Positions 1 to 7,181 of a stretch of DNA of 64,000 nucleotides are shown in pieces. The notes below the pieces were generated by a model that was given only the letters and a program-made list of their open reading frames with translations, had not been told where the DNA came from and ran no database searches. Position 1 is the first letter of the stretch; every line of letters begins with the position of its first letter. Source of the stretch: an uncultured virus (IMG/VR IMGVR_UViG_3300006100_001445) (lineage: Duplodnaviria > Heunggongvirae > Uroviricota > Caudoviricetes). The DNA lies in IMG/VR virus record IMGVR_UViG_3300006100_001445; one strand, given 5' to 3'. Made by a program: the position numbers and the translations under genes.

Positions 1-21
1 TGTTGTTCGGATAGTAGCTGT

Positions 22-477
22 TTATATCTCATTTTGATCTTGCTGTTTTTGTCTTTTTCTTATAGCACTCCATTTGCCTGGATTTACTACATCAACATCA
101 CCATGTTGTGCTGTATCTACGTCGTGTTGCTGAAATATCTGGCTTTGAATATCACCGGGCAAAGCTATGTTGTAACTATTTTGATCAGTGTAATTTGGTT
201 GTATCGGATGGTTATATGGTTGTTTTTTTGCGTTTATAGCATCTATCTTTTTTTGTTGATAGTGGCTAAATTGTCTTATGATTCTGTCGGTAACATTTTG
301 ATAATCGTTTATACCAAGACCTTTATAATTGAACTTACCTATACGTTTGCCGCCATAGGTAACCGAAATAACTTTTGTGGCTGGATCAAAGTTAAAAGTA
401 AAACCACCGCTAGAATATTTTCGTGGAATATTTCCTGGGATTAATTTTCTTGGTTGTTGGAAATCACTAAATCGCAT
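22..477 (-). CDS. hypothetical phage protein, possible head-internal protein
   Basis: 151 aa ORF; N-terminus MRFSDF fits the recurring M-[KR]-x-x-[ED]-hydrophobic start; TAAATA upstream. Confidence 0.6.
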   Translation of the reverse strand: MRFSDFQQPRKLIPGNIPRKYSSGGFTFNFDPATKVISVTYGGKRIGKFNYKGLGINDYQNVTDRIIRQFSHYQQKKIDAINAKKQPYNHPIQPNYTDQNSYNIALPGDIQSQIFQQHDVDTAQHGDVDVVNPGKWSAIRKRQKQQDQNEI

Positions 478-488
478 TATGCACTCAT

Positions 489-515
489 AAAAATAGGGTA
501 AGTTGCCTTACCCTA
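489..515 (-). terminator. intrinsic terminator-like hairpin
   Basis: TAGGGTAAG-gcaa-CTTACCCTA followed by TTTTT on the minus strand. Confidence 0.65.
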
Positions 516-537
516 GTATTTATCAATGGTTAGTTGA

Positions 538-1371
538 TTAGTCTGTAGAAGCGTTAGCGCCACACTTGGCACGTTTTGCATTGGTCAATGCACCAAAGTC
601 CACTGGCCATTCTTTGCCGGGCTGTAGTTCAACACCGCCTTGTGGCAATGCAAACTTAACACCTGCGTCCTGCATAATTGTAGCAACAGGAACACGGAAC
701 TTGGTCAAATCGTTGCCCAAGTTAGGATATGGTGCTGTGTGTGGAAAACCCCAGCCTGCATATTCTTTGGTTTGATTGTTGATAACAATTTTGTAGAAAC
801 CGTGTGGTACAACTACACCTTTACCAATGGTTTTATCGCCAGGACCATACAAACCGCCCGCAATAACTGTGTAGCTCTGATTTCTCTGGACTGACCATCC
901 GCGGACAGAAGTCTCCAACAATTTCCAAATTCCGCGATTTAAAGAACCGGCTTGTGGTGACATATTTGTCATTAAAAAACTTTCGTACTCAACTTGCGGA
1001 TCCCAACTTAAGTCGCCGTCTGGTGCCATATGACCTTTGTCGTAACCGGTACCAGCATAGTCAGCTGGGGTAGCACCGTTAGGTACAAATTGGTTGGCAG
1101 CAAATGCGTTGGTACGTGCCACACAGCCTAGTGCGTTCTGTGGCAGTAGCTCATACATCACATAGTTAGGTAACTTGGCAGCTGCATCGTAACCTACCAA
1201 ATATGCCTGTTGGCATAAGGGTTGTAGCTGACGTGCTGACTGTGGAAAACCGTAAGGTGCGTGTACTTGACAGTTTTGTACCGGGAATGGCTGACGCTGT
1301 GTCCAAGCACTGGCTGTTGTTGCTGTTAAGCCTGCAACAGCAAAAGTTAAAATTGCTAATAGTTTTTTCAT
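538..1371 (-). CDS. secreted DNA/RNA non-specific endonuclease (NucA/EndoG family)
   Basis: Signal peptide; GYDKGHMAP and TNMSPQAGSLNRGIWK motifs. Confidence 0.9.
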   Translation of the reverse strand: MKKLLAILTFAVAGLTATTASAWTQRQPFPVQNCQVHAPYGFPQSARQLQPLCQQAYLVGYDAAAKLPNYVMYELLPQNALGCVARTNAFAANQFVPNGATPADYAGTGYDKGHMAPDGDLSWDPQVEYESFLMTNMSPQAGSLNRGIWKLLETSVRGWSVQRNQSYTVIAGGLYGPGDKTIGKGVVVPHGFYKIVINNQTKEYAGWGFPHTAPYPNLGNDLTKFRVPVATIMQDAGVKFALPQGGVELQPGKEWPVDFGALTNAKRAKCGANASTD

Positions 1372-1382
1372 AGTTGAAAATC

Positions 1383-1406
1383 TCCTTGTGTATTATTTAA
1401 CAAGGA
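1383..1406 (-). promoter_or_regulatory. late promoter TAAATA in the loop of an RBS-sequestering hairpin
   Basis: TCCTTGT-TAAATAatac-ACAAGGA(G); the 3' arm carries the SD of the nuclease gene. Confidence 0.65.
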
Positions 1407-1413
1407 TCAGCTG

Positions 1414-1968
1414 TTAGCCGTAAATTTCTTGATACATCCAGGTGTAGTTTTGCAACCAAGTATGGAATATGTTGCGTTGCTGAATGCCCATTTCTTTGAC
1501 CACTGTGGTCCAGCTGGCAGGATCCAAATCAATTTGCACTTCGCTATCACCGTACATACTGCGGGGTTTTAACCCGTGTTTTTGGCACAAGTGTTGAATT
1601 GGCTTGTTCCATCCCAGGCAATGCATAAACAGTTCTCGGTAACCACGATTACGTGCCCAAATCAAGGCCTGCTCCAACATGATGTTGGCAATGCCTTGGC
1701 CACGATATTCGGGTGCAACTATAACACCAAATTCTACCTGTTTGCCACTGACAGCAATGTGTAAGGTGCCGACCCATTTTTTGCGATTTCGTGCCACTAG
1801 AATATAGTGATTGTTGGATGAGGAGCTGATACGATCTATTAGACTGTCAATGATGTTGTCGTTGCTGGCTGTACCAAAATACAACTCTTTGGTTTCGTCA
1901 TTCTGACTTTTTAGCCAATCACCATATTTGTTGAATTTAGTGCAAGGTAAAAATTCAGTGATGATCAT
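1414..1968 (-). CDS. GNAT family acetyltransferase
   Basis: EFGVIVAPEYRGQGIA acetyl-CoA motif; start moved to ATG 1968 (MIITEF), 1 nt after the upstream micro-ORF stop. Confidence 0.85.
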   Translation of the reverse strand: MIITEFLPCTKFNKYGDWLKSQNDETKELYFGTASNDNIIDSLIDRISSSSNNHYILVARNRKKWVGTLHIAVSGKQVEFGVIVAPEYRGQGIANIMLEQALIWARNRGYRELFMHCLGWNKPIQHLCQKHGLKPRSMYGDSEVQIDLDPASWTTVVKEMGIQQRNIFHTWLQNYTWMYQEIYG

Positions 1969-1969
1969 T

Positions 1970-2065
1970 TTAGTACCAGTAGTGACCTTGTTTGATGGCT
2001 GCCGCACGAACTTCTTGTACCAAACGAATTGCTTCGTATATCTCTGCTAGAAGTTTACGCATCAT
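1970..2065 (-). CDS. 31-aa microprotein MMRKLLAEIYEAIRLVQEVRAAAIKQGHYWY
   Basis: GGAGG SD, ATGA overlap with the upstream ORF; not in the ORF track. Confidence 0.65.
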   Translation of the reverse strand: MMRKLLAEIYEAIRLVQEVRAAAIKQGHYWY

Positions 2066-2151
2066 AGGCCTCCTAGATAGGAGTCGTGACGGCAAGTTTT
2101 ACCTGCGTACTTGTTTAGGAATTCGGCGATTTTTGAAATTAGCAATAGCAT
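2062..2151 (-). CDS. 29-aa microprotein MLLLISKIAEFLNKYAGKTCRHDSYLGGL
   Basis: TAATG coupling to the upstream ORF and ATGA coupling to the downstream ORF. Confidence 0.55.
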   Translation of the reverse strand: MLLLISKIAEFLNKYAGKTCRHDSYLGGL

Positions 2152-2315
2152 TATACGGTTCTCCCGCAGATGCCACGGCTCAAGTATTGAACAGTCAGGC
2201 GCTCAACATCGGCTACGTTTTGTGGATTCTTGCTGGTAATGTAAGAATCTAGATCAGAGCTTACTGATCCTGTGAAGTTAAAAAACTGGATAAGTTTTTG
2301 TATAATTGTTGTCAT
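2151..2315 (-). CDS. 54-aa small protein, DUF3563-like
   Basis: AAAGGA SD; LDSYITSKNPQNVADVERL resembles the DUF3563 pattern (by eye). Confidence 0.65.
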   Translation of the reverse strand: MTTIIQKLIQFFNFTGSVSSDLDSYITSKNPQNVADVERLTVQYLSRGICGRTV

Positions 2316-2363
2316 TGTGTGACTTCCTTTCGAGTATAATCATTAGTGTTTGTACTATTAGTG

Positions 2364-2395
2364 ATTATACTGATATTTATCACGCAATGCAACAA
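2364..2395 (-). promoter_or_regulatory. sigma70 promoter with PhaR-like box over -35 and TAAATA in the spacer
   Basis: TTG-TTGCAT-tgcgtgaTAAATAtcag-TATAAT, 17-nt spacer. Confidence 0.6.
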
Positions 2396-2420
2396 ATTAT
2401 ATTAAACTTTTGTGACCGTT

Positions 2421-3011
2421 TTACCGTTTTGTGATGATCCGGTCTACCAAACCGTATGCTACTGCTTCTTCGGCATTCATAAAGAAGTCTCGTTCCATAT
2501 CGGCTGCAAATTCGTCGTAGGTTTTGCCTGCAGAGTTGTGCTTGACATAAATTTCGGTCAAGTAATGTTTCATTTTCAAGATTTCTTGTGCTTGGATCTG
2601 AATATCGGTTGCTTGTCCACGAGCCCCGCCCGACGGTTGGTGAATCATATGACGAGCGTGTGGCAGTATGAATCGTTTGCCTGCAGCTCCGGCTGTACTC
2701 AGTAGACTGCCCATACTGCAAGCCTGCCCCATCACAATGGTGCTGACATCAGGCTTGATAAACTGTAGTGTATCGTATATCGCCATACCTGCTGTAACGC
2801 TACCACCGGGGCTATTAATGTAGAATAGGATGTCTGCATCGGGATTTTCGCTTTCTAAAAATAACAACTGTGCTACCAGTAGACTAGAAGTGTGCTCGTT
2901 TACTTCGGTATCCAGCATCACAATGCGGTCTTTTAACAGTCGTGAGTATATGTCGTATGAACGTTCGCCATTGGCGGTTTTTTCGAGAACAATAGGTACT
3001 AGATTAGGCAT
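2421..3011 (-). CDS. clpP: ATP-dependent Clp protease proteolytic subunit
   Basis: [28 protein letters not shown] (catalytic Ser), MIHQPSGG. Confidence 0.97.
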   Translation of the reverse strand: MPNLVPIVLEKTANGERSYDIYSRLLKDRIVMLDTEVNEHTSSLLVAQLLFLESENPDADILFYINSPGGSVTAGMAIYDTLQFIKPDVSTIVMGQACSMGSLLSTAGAAGKRFILPHARHMIHQPSGGARGQATDIQIQAQEILKMKHYLTEIYVKHNSAGKTYDEFAADMERDFFMNAEEAVAYGLVDRIITKR

Positions 3012-3039
3012 AATTCCTCTTTGATTGGTTATTTGTAGT

Positions 3040-3068
3040 AGTGTACTAGATTTGTGTTAAGATGTCAA
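3040..3068 (-). promoter_or_regulatory. sigma70 promoter for clpP
   Basis: TTGACA-N17-TACACT. Confidence 0.6.
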
Positions 3069-3553
3069 CACTTGCGGAAATCTTGGTGTTTGAACCAACG
3101 CTTTTGTCCGTACCATTGTTTCAGGTGTAGGCCATAGTAATCAAAGCGTTCACGCCACATAAAGAAGTCTGGGCCGTGAGCGCCGCTGCGTTTGTTCATT
3201 TTACCGCCGTGATATTCAAAGCGGTGTATGTCCCATTGGTACTGGTGCACCATTTCGTGGGCCAGAGTTTGTATAAACCACTGTGGGCAAAACCATTTGT
3301 CCATAATCTTAATAGTACAATAACTACCGGTATCGTCGTAGTCATCTTCCCACTGACAAAATCCCCAGGTTTGGCGTCGACTGCCCTGTGTAATTACCGG
3401 CTTGCGTAATCGGTTGTCAAACAGGTATCGATTGCAGATATTATATACGTAGTTTATATCTTCGTAGCTAGGACGGAACTGTAGCCTACGTTGATACGTA
3501 ATGCCCGGAAGTGGAGCTTCCATAATTGCTCTAATGGGATTTGGTCTTGCCAT
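3065..3553 (-). CDS. SprT-like zinc metalloprotease
   Basis: TLAHEMVHQYQW (HExxH) and HGPDF; N-x-x-LF motif. Confidence 0.85.
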   Translation of the reverse strand: MARPNPIRAIMEAPLPGITYQRRLQFRPSYEDINYVYNICNRYLFDNRLRKPVITQGSRRQTWGFCQWEDDYDDTGSYCTIKIMDKWFCPQWFIQTLAHEMVHQYQWDIHRFEYHGGKMNKRSGAHGPDFFMWRERFDYYGLHLKQWYGQKRWFKHQDFRKC

Positions 3554-3556
3554 AGA

Positions 3557-3600
3557 AATGCCCTCGCTAAGGTATTTATAATATACCCTAGGAGAGCATT
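3557..3600 (-). promoter_or_regulatory. late promoter TATAAATA within a long RBS-occluding hairpin
   Basis: AATGCTCTCCTAGGGTAT-at-TATAAATACCTTAGCGAGGGCATT then tct-ATG. Confidence 0.65.
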
Positions 3601-3628
3601 ATTACTACTTTATTACATCATTAACGGC

Positions 3629-4363
3629 TTAGTTATTGATTGTAACTTGTCCTACCACAGCACCGGGCTTTTTAAGGGCTTCTTCGCGACGTGCTTTGTA
3701 CTCAGCGTTTTCTACTGGCATTAGGTTAAGAGTACCACTGGTACCGTCGGGACGAACTACACTGACTTCGGGACCTTTTTGTACAGCGACCGGAGCAACT
3801 TCGCTTTCACCAACCGGCTTGTTGCCGGTAATTTCATCCAGTTCGCGGAATGCTTCTTTGCTGTTACGCATTGTTTCTTTGCTGGACTTCATCACATTGG
3901 CACCGCCCATTGGTAGTGCAACTAGCACATAGGTACGAATACGATTGCCTTCGGCCACGTGTTTCATCTCTACAGTTTCTACACCGGTAATGTCAATGTC
4001 TGCACAGATGCTACGGATAGCTGTTTCGCTCTGTTCAGTGCTGGTAGTTCCGTTGTCACTCATAAACACTTTGGTCTGGCTACGAACCTTGCCGCCAGCG
4101 GCTGTACAAATTTTGCTGTAGGCAATAGTTTTAGCTTTGAGATCTGCCATACCGAAGTCACCTGAGGTAGCTGTACCATTTTCATACACAGCATTTGCAC
4201 TCTTAGGCAACTTGCTCATCCACTCCGGCGCTTCACTAATAGCCGACTTCATATTGCTAGCAGTCTGCGGATTAGCATAAGCATCGTTTTTTGAGTATTG
4301 ACCGGTTGTACCACAGGCACTCAATAAACCTGCTACTGCTACTACGATTGCTAACTTCTTCAT
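3629..4363 (-). CDS. lipoprotein (LPP20-like)
   Basis: Lipobox LSAC after a hydrophobic leader; APEWM motif. Confidence 0.7.
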   Translation of the reverse strand: MKKLAIVVAVAGLLSACGTTGQYSKNDAYANPQTASNMKSAISEAPEWMSKLPKSANAVYENGTATSGDFGMADLKAKTIAYSKICTAAGGKVRSQTKVFMSDNGTTSTEQSETAIRSICADIDITGVETVEMKHVAEGNRIRTYVLVALPMGGANVMKSSKETMRNSKEAFRELDEITGNKPVGESEVAPVAVQKGPEVSVVRPDGTSGTLNLMPVENAEYKARREEALKKPGAVVGQVTINN

Positions 4364-4412
4364 ATTACACCTCTTGTGGTTGAATTACAATAACTACAGT
4401 TTAACATTATGG

Positions 4413-4976
4413 CTAAAATTTGTCAATCACTCGCCATTTCGAATTGGGTGATCCATCAGCCTGACAAACTACACCTTGGTACACTATCAGGTTACGATCC
4501 CTGGGATCACGTTCCTGGAACAGGCGACATTTGGTTCGCTTGTACCAAAAATACCTGCGCTCTTGTGGATTACTGTGCAGGTCCGTTTCACTTTCCCATA
4601 CAGTTTCACCAATGTGTACTGGACGTACTCGAATTTCGGGCAAGTCACTGCATACCATTTGCATATCTGCACTGACCGATTTGGGTTCAATTTCACTCAA
4701 TACCCGACCTTGTCCTATGTCCATTGCACGAGTGCAACTTTCTGATTCAGTACGGCCCACAGCCGATCCTTCTGCTGTGTGCCAGTCGCCGCCAATGTTC
4801 ACACGATATCTAACTGTGCATTTGAATCCACCAGCATCTGGTGTTGCCAGTCGTTGTACGTCAGTTGGGCCGGCTTCAACTGTCTGTCTGGTCATACGAA
4901 TGGTAGATCTTGTATAACAGTCTGCTAGGGCTGTAGAACTTACCAAAACCAACCCAACAATCAAGGCACGTTTCAC
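4413..4976 (-). CDS. secreted Cys-rich hypothetical protein
   Basis: Signal peptide ending ALA; several Cys. Confidence 0.7.
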   Translation of the reverse strand: MKRALIVGLVLVSSTALADCYTRSTIRMTRQTVEAGPTDVQRLATPDAGGFKCTVRYRVNIGGDWHTAEGSAVGRTESESCTRAMDIGQGRVLSEIEPKSVSADMQMVCSDLPEIRVRPVHIGETVWESETDLHSNPQERRYFWYKRTKCRLFQERDPRDRNLIVYQGVVCQADGSPNSKWRVIDKF

Positions 4977-5260
4977 GATTTGTACCTGTCAGGGTTACTG
5001 CAACCTATACGCAGGCTCCAGATCATTGATCGTACAGTAGCGTTATACTTGCGATCCGCATCTGCAAGCTGTTCGGGTTCGGCGTTTGACAAGCCCTTCA
5101 TACGCAACTGCTCTTCAAGAAAATTCACGTGCCGGTCTATCCTGGCACAATCTTGATTGGTTACCTTGACTGCATCCAATTGCTCGTAGGTAGCCGATCG
5201 ATATGGGTTGTTTGCACAACCTACCAACGACAGCACAACGATGGCAACTGAATATTTCAT
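4973..5260 (-). CDS. small lipoprotein
   Basis: Lipobox LVGC. Confidence 0.7.
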   Translation of the reverse strand: MKYSVAIVVLSLVGCANNPYRSATYEQLDAVKVTNQDCARIDRHVNFLEEQLRMKGLSNAEPEQLADADRKYNATVRSMIWSLRIGCSNPDRYKS

Positions 5261-5493
5261 TACTTTTCGGCAATCGCAATAAGTCTAGCAAGATGGTAGT
5301 TGATAATTTTTTGTTTGATAGTATCAACCACATTGAGATATGGCCATTCCACAATGAACGGACAGCCCTTGGCCCATTTGCTTTCGGTTACAAAATTTTG
5401 ATATATTTTCAAATCTTCAGCACTGGCAGGATTGAATTCTCTTTTGGGCCAAAAACAATTACTAACAAGAAACTTTTTCTTATTTTCTTCCAT
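5260..5493 (-). CDS. hypothetical protein
   Basis: 77 aa, AAGGT SD, coupled to the next gene; WAKGCPF..EWPY motif. Confidence 0.65.
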   Translation of the reverse strand: MEENKKKFLVSNCFWPKREFNPASAEDLKIYQNFVTESKWAKGCPFIVEWPYLNVVDTIKQKIINYHLARLIAIAEK

Positions 5494-5550
5494 ACGGTCA
5501 CCTTTTATAAAATTAAAGACACTACACTATAACATTTTAACATATTCTAG

Positions 5551-6081
5551 TCAAATCAGTTCCACCGTGCTACCTCGGGCACGATTGTAAAACACGTGAT
5601 TACCAATTTGGCCTGCTTCGTGTGCCGGGTCAACCCAATGCGGATCTCGAATATAGATCGCGTGGTAAAACAAACTTTTTGTCAATCCACGAATACGGTG
5701 TCCTGCCAAGACTTTACGAGCAATATCTTCAGATTCGGCCCATAACCGACTATCTGGACGTGGTAATTTTCGAGCCATTGTCCACGAAAACTGTTTACGA
5801 GCATACACCACTTTACAAATACTGTCGCCCCAATAGCCTGTTTTAAGTCGGTTGATAGTGACTTGGGCTACTGCAAACTTTCCCAATTGGGATTCTACGC
5901 CGGCCTCATAGTAAATATTCCGAGTAAGACACTCTACATCCGTTTTGGTATATTTGATATGCTCTTTGACCTGAATCACGTCGTCAATCTTTTCTTCTAG
6001 AATGTCCATACGAACTTCTTGACGAACAAGCAGAACGGCAAGTAGACTACAGCCAATTATGGCCAGCATACGATTTGACAT
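5551..6081 (-). CDS. SleB-like cell wall hydrolase (Hydrolase_2)
   Basis: CLTRNIYYEA, AVAQVTINR, ICKVVY..QFSW, IGNHVFY; N-terminal TM; start at MSNRML. Confidence 0.92.
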   Translation of the reverse strand: MSNRMLAIIGCSLLAVLLVRQEVRMDILEEKIDDVIQVKEHIKYTKTDVECLTRNIYYEAGVESQLGKFAVAQVTINRLKTGYWGDSICKVVYARKQFSWTMARKLPRPDSRLWAESEDIARKVLAGHRIRGLTKSLFYHAIYIRDPHWVDPAHEAGQIGNHVFYNRARGSTVELI

Positions 6082-6082
6082 A

Positions 6083-6412
6083 TTAAGCCTTTGGAATACG
6101 ATAAGTGACACCTTGTGGGCTAGAGGCTTTTTTGTAACCCAATGCTTCGTACTCGGCTTCAAGGTACTGTAAGTTTTCACGATTTTTTACATACGCACGA
6201 TCCACTTTAACTGCAATAAATTTTTTGCGATAGTTGATGTGAATAGCACGAGCATAGTAAACCAACTCTAATGCAAGAGCCATACGATCTGCGGCAATTT
6301 TTTGCTGTTCTGAATAATGCGAAGATTCAACAATGTTACGCATACGAGCATCACGTGCCGCGGCATACGCATACGATCCTGCTGATTTAGTTTCCAAATC
6401 TGTTTGATTCAT
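6083..6412 (-). CDS. hypothetical early protein
   Basis: 109 aa; AAGGAG SD; directly downstream of the repeated early promoter. Confidence 0.7.
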   Translation of the reverse strand: MNQTDLETKSAGSYAYAAARDARMRNIVESSHYSEQQKIAADRMALALELVYYARAIHINYRKKFIAVKVDRAYVKNRENLQYLEAEYEALGYKKASSPQGVTYRIPKA

Positions 6413-6440
6413 TCCGGCTCCTTTTATGTACTGTAGAGCT

Positions 6441-6471
6441 AGTATAGCATTTTGGCAATTTTGGGTCTACC
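6441..6471 (-). promoter_or_regulatory. repeated phage early promoter, copy 1
   Basis: TAGACC-caaaattgccaaaaTGc-TATACT; 20-mer identical to the copies at 41.95 and 42.25 kb. Confidence 0.8.
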
Positions 6472-6485
6472 GAAATTGCGGCCGT

Positions 6486-6511
6486 AAAAAAGCCCCATAT
6501 TTTGGGGCTTT
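6486..6511 (-). terminator. intrinsic terminator of the phasin-like gene
   Basis: AAAGCCCCA-aaata-TGGGGCTTTTTT. Confidence 0.75.
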
Positions 6512-6535
6512 GGAGTGTGGCTTTTTTACAACAGA

Positions 6536-6754
6536 TTACTTAGTTGTGAAGAACTTGGTGTAATCAACGGTCTTAACAGTTTCAACCACTTGTTTAGCCA
6601 ATTCTAAGTTTGTTTCGTACACAGTCTTAGTAAAGTCTGCATATGAGTCCACTAGAGTTTCTAGGTTAGCACGGATGGCTTTGTCTTCAACGTATGTCAA
6701 AGGTGTCTTTGTTGCTGTTACTGCCTGGTCTACTACTGATTTGAAATTAAACAT
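6536..6754 (-). CDS. phasin-like small amphipathic protein
   Basis: 72 aa, Ala/Thr/Val-rich amphipathic helix; own promoter with TGC-rich box and own terminator; family call is inference. Confidence 0.55.
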   Translation of the reverse strand: MFNFKSVVDQAVTATKTPLTYVEDKAIRANLETLVDSYADFTKTVYETNLELAKQVVETVKTVDYTKFFTTK

Positions 6755-6761
6755 TTTATTT

Positions 6762-6812
6762 TTCCTTTATTAAGCGAATGTTTTACAAGACCCAAACTAT
6801 TCGGCATCTTGC
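6762..6812 (-). promoter_or_regulatory. ROSE-like structured 5' leader
   Basis: Hairpin GCAAGA-TG-CCGAA-TAG-TTTGG-G-TCTTGT, then TTCGCTT-aata-AAGGAA (bulged G opposite SD). Confidence 0.55.
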
Positions 6813-6831
6813 TTACTGCTACTATTTTCAT

Positions 6832-6863
6832 AGTATAACATTATTTACCTTGCGGTGCAACAA
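6832..6863 (-). promoter_or_regulatory. sigma70 promoter with PhaR-like box over -35 and TAAATA in the spacer
   Basis: TTG-TTGCAC-cgcaaggTAAATAatgt-TATACT, 17-nt spacer. Confidence 0.6.
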
Positions 6864-6929
6864 TTTAATAATTTTATTTGTCCATTTAGCTCACTAAATA
6901 ATACTATCTATTCGAATAGGAGATTTAAA

Positions 6930-7175
6930 ATGGATTTTACAACAATCGTAGGAATTGTATTAATTTTAGCTATCGCTTATACTCTATTTAGAGCATTCAG
7001 CAAAAAAGAAACTGTTGTTGAAGCTGTTAAAGAAGAAGTTGCTGAAGTCAAAGCTGAAGAAGTCAAGGTAGTAGCTGAAGCAAAACCAAAAAAAGCTCCA
7101 GCCGCTAAGAAAGCTCCTGCTGCAAAAAAGACTCCAGCTAAAAAAGCATCCACACGCAAACCAAAATCTGAGTAA
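6930..7175 (+). CDS. membrane-anchored protein with histone H1-like Lys/Ala/Pro tail
   Basis: AGGAG SD; N-terminal TM; KKAPAAKKAPAAKKTPAKKA. Confidence 0.75.
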   Translation: MDFTTIVGIVLILAIAYTLFRAFSKKETVVEAVKEEVAEVKAEEVKVVAEAKPKKAPAAKKAPAAKKTPAKKASTRKPKSE

Positions 7176-7181
7176 TATTCA

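Noticed and set aside
34..444. Many antisense or nested ORFs in the track (for example 34..444, 21407..21931, 51716..52207)
   Set aside because: They overlap well-supported genes on the other strand or frame and lack SDs or recognisable motifs.
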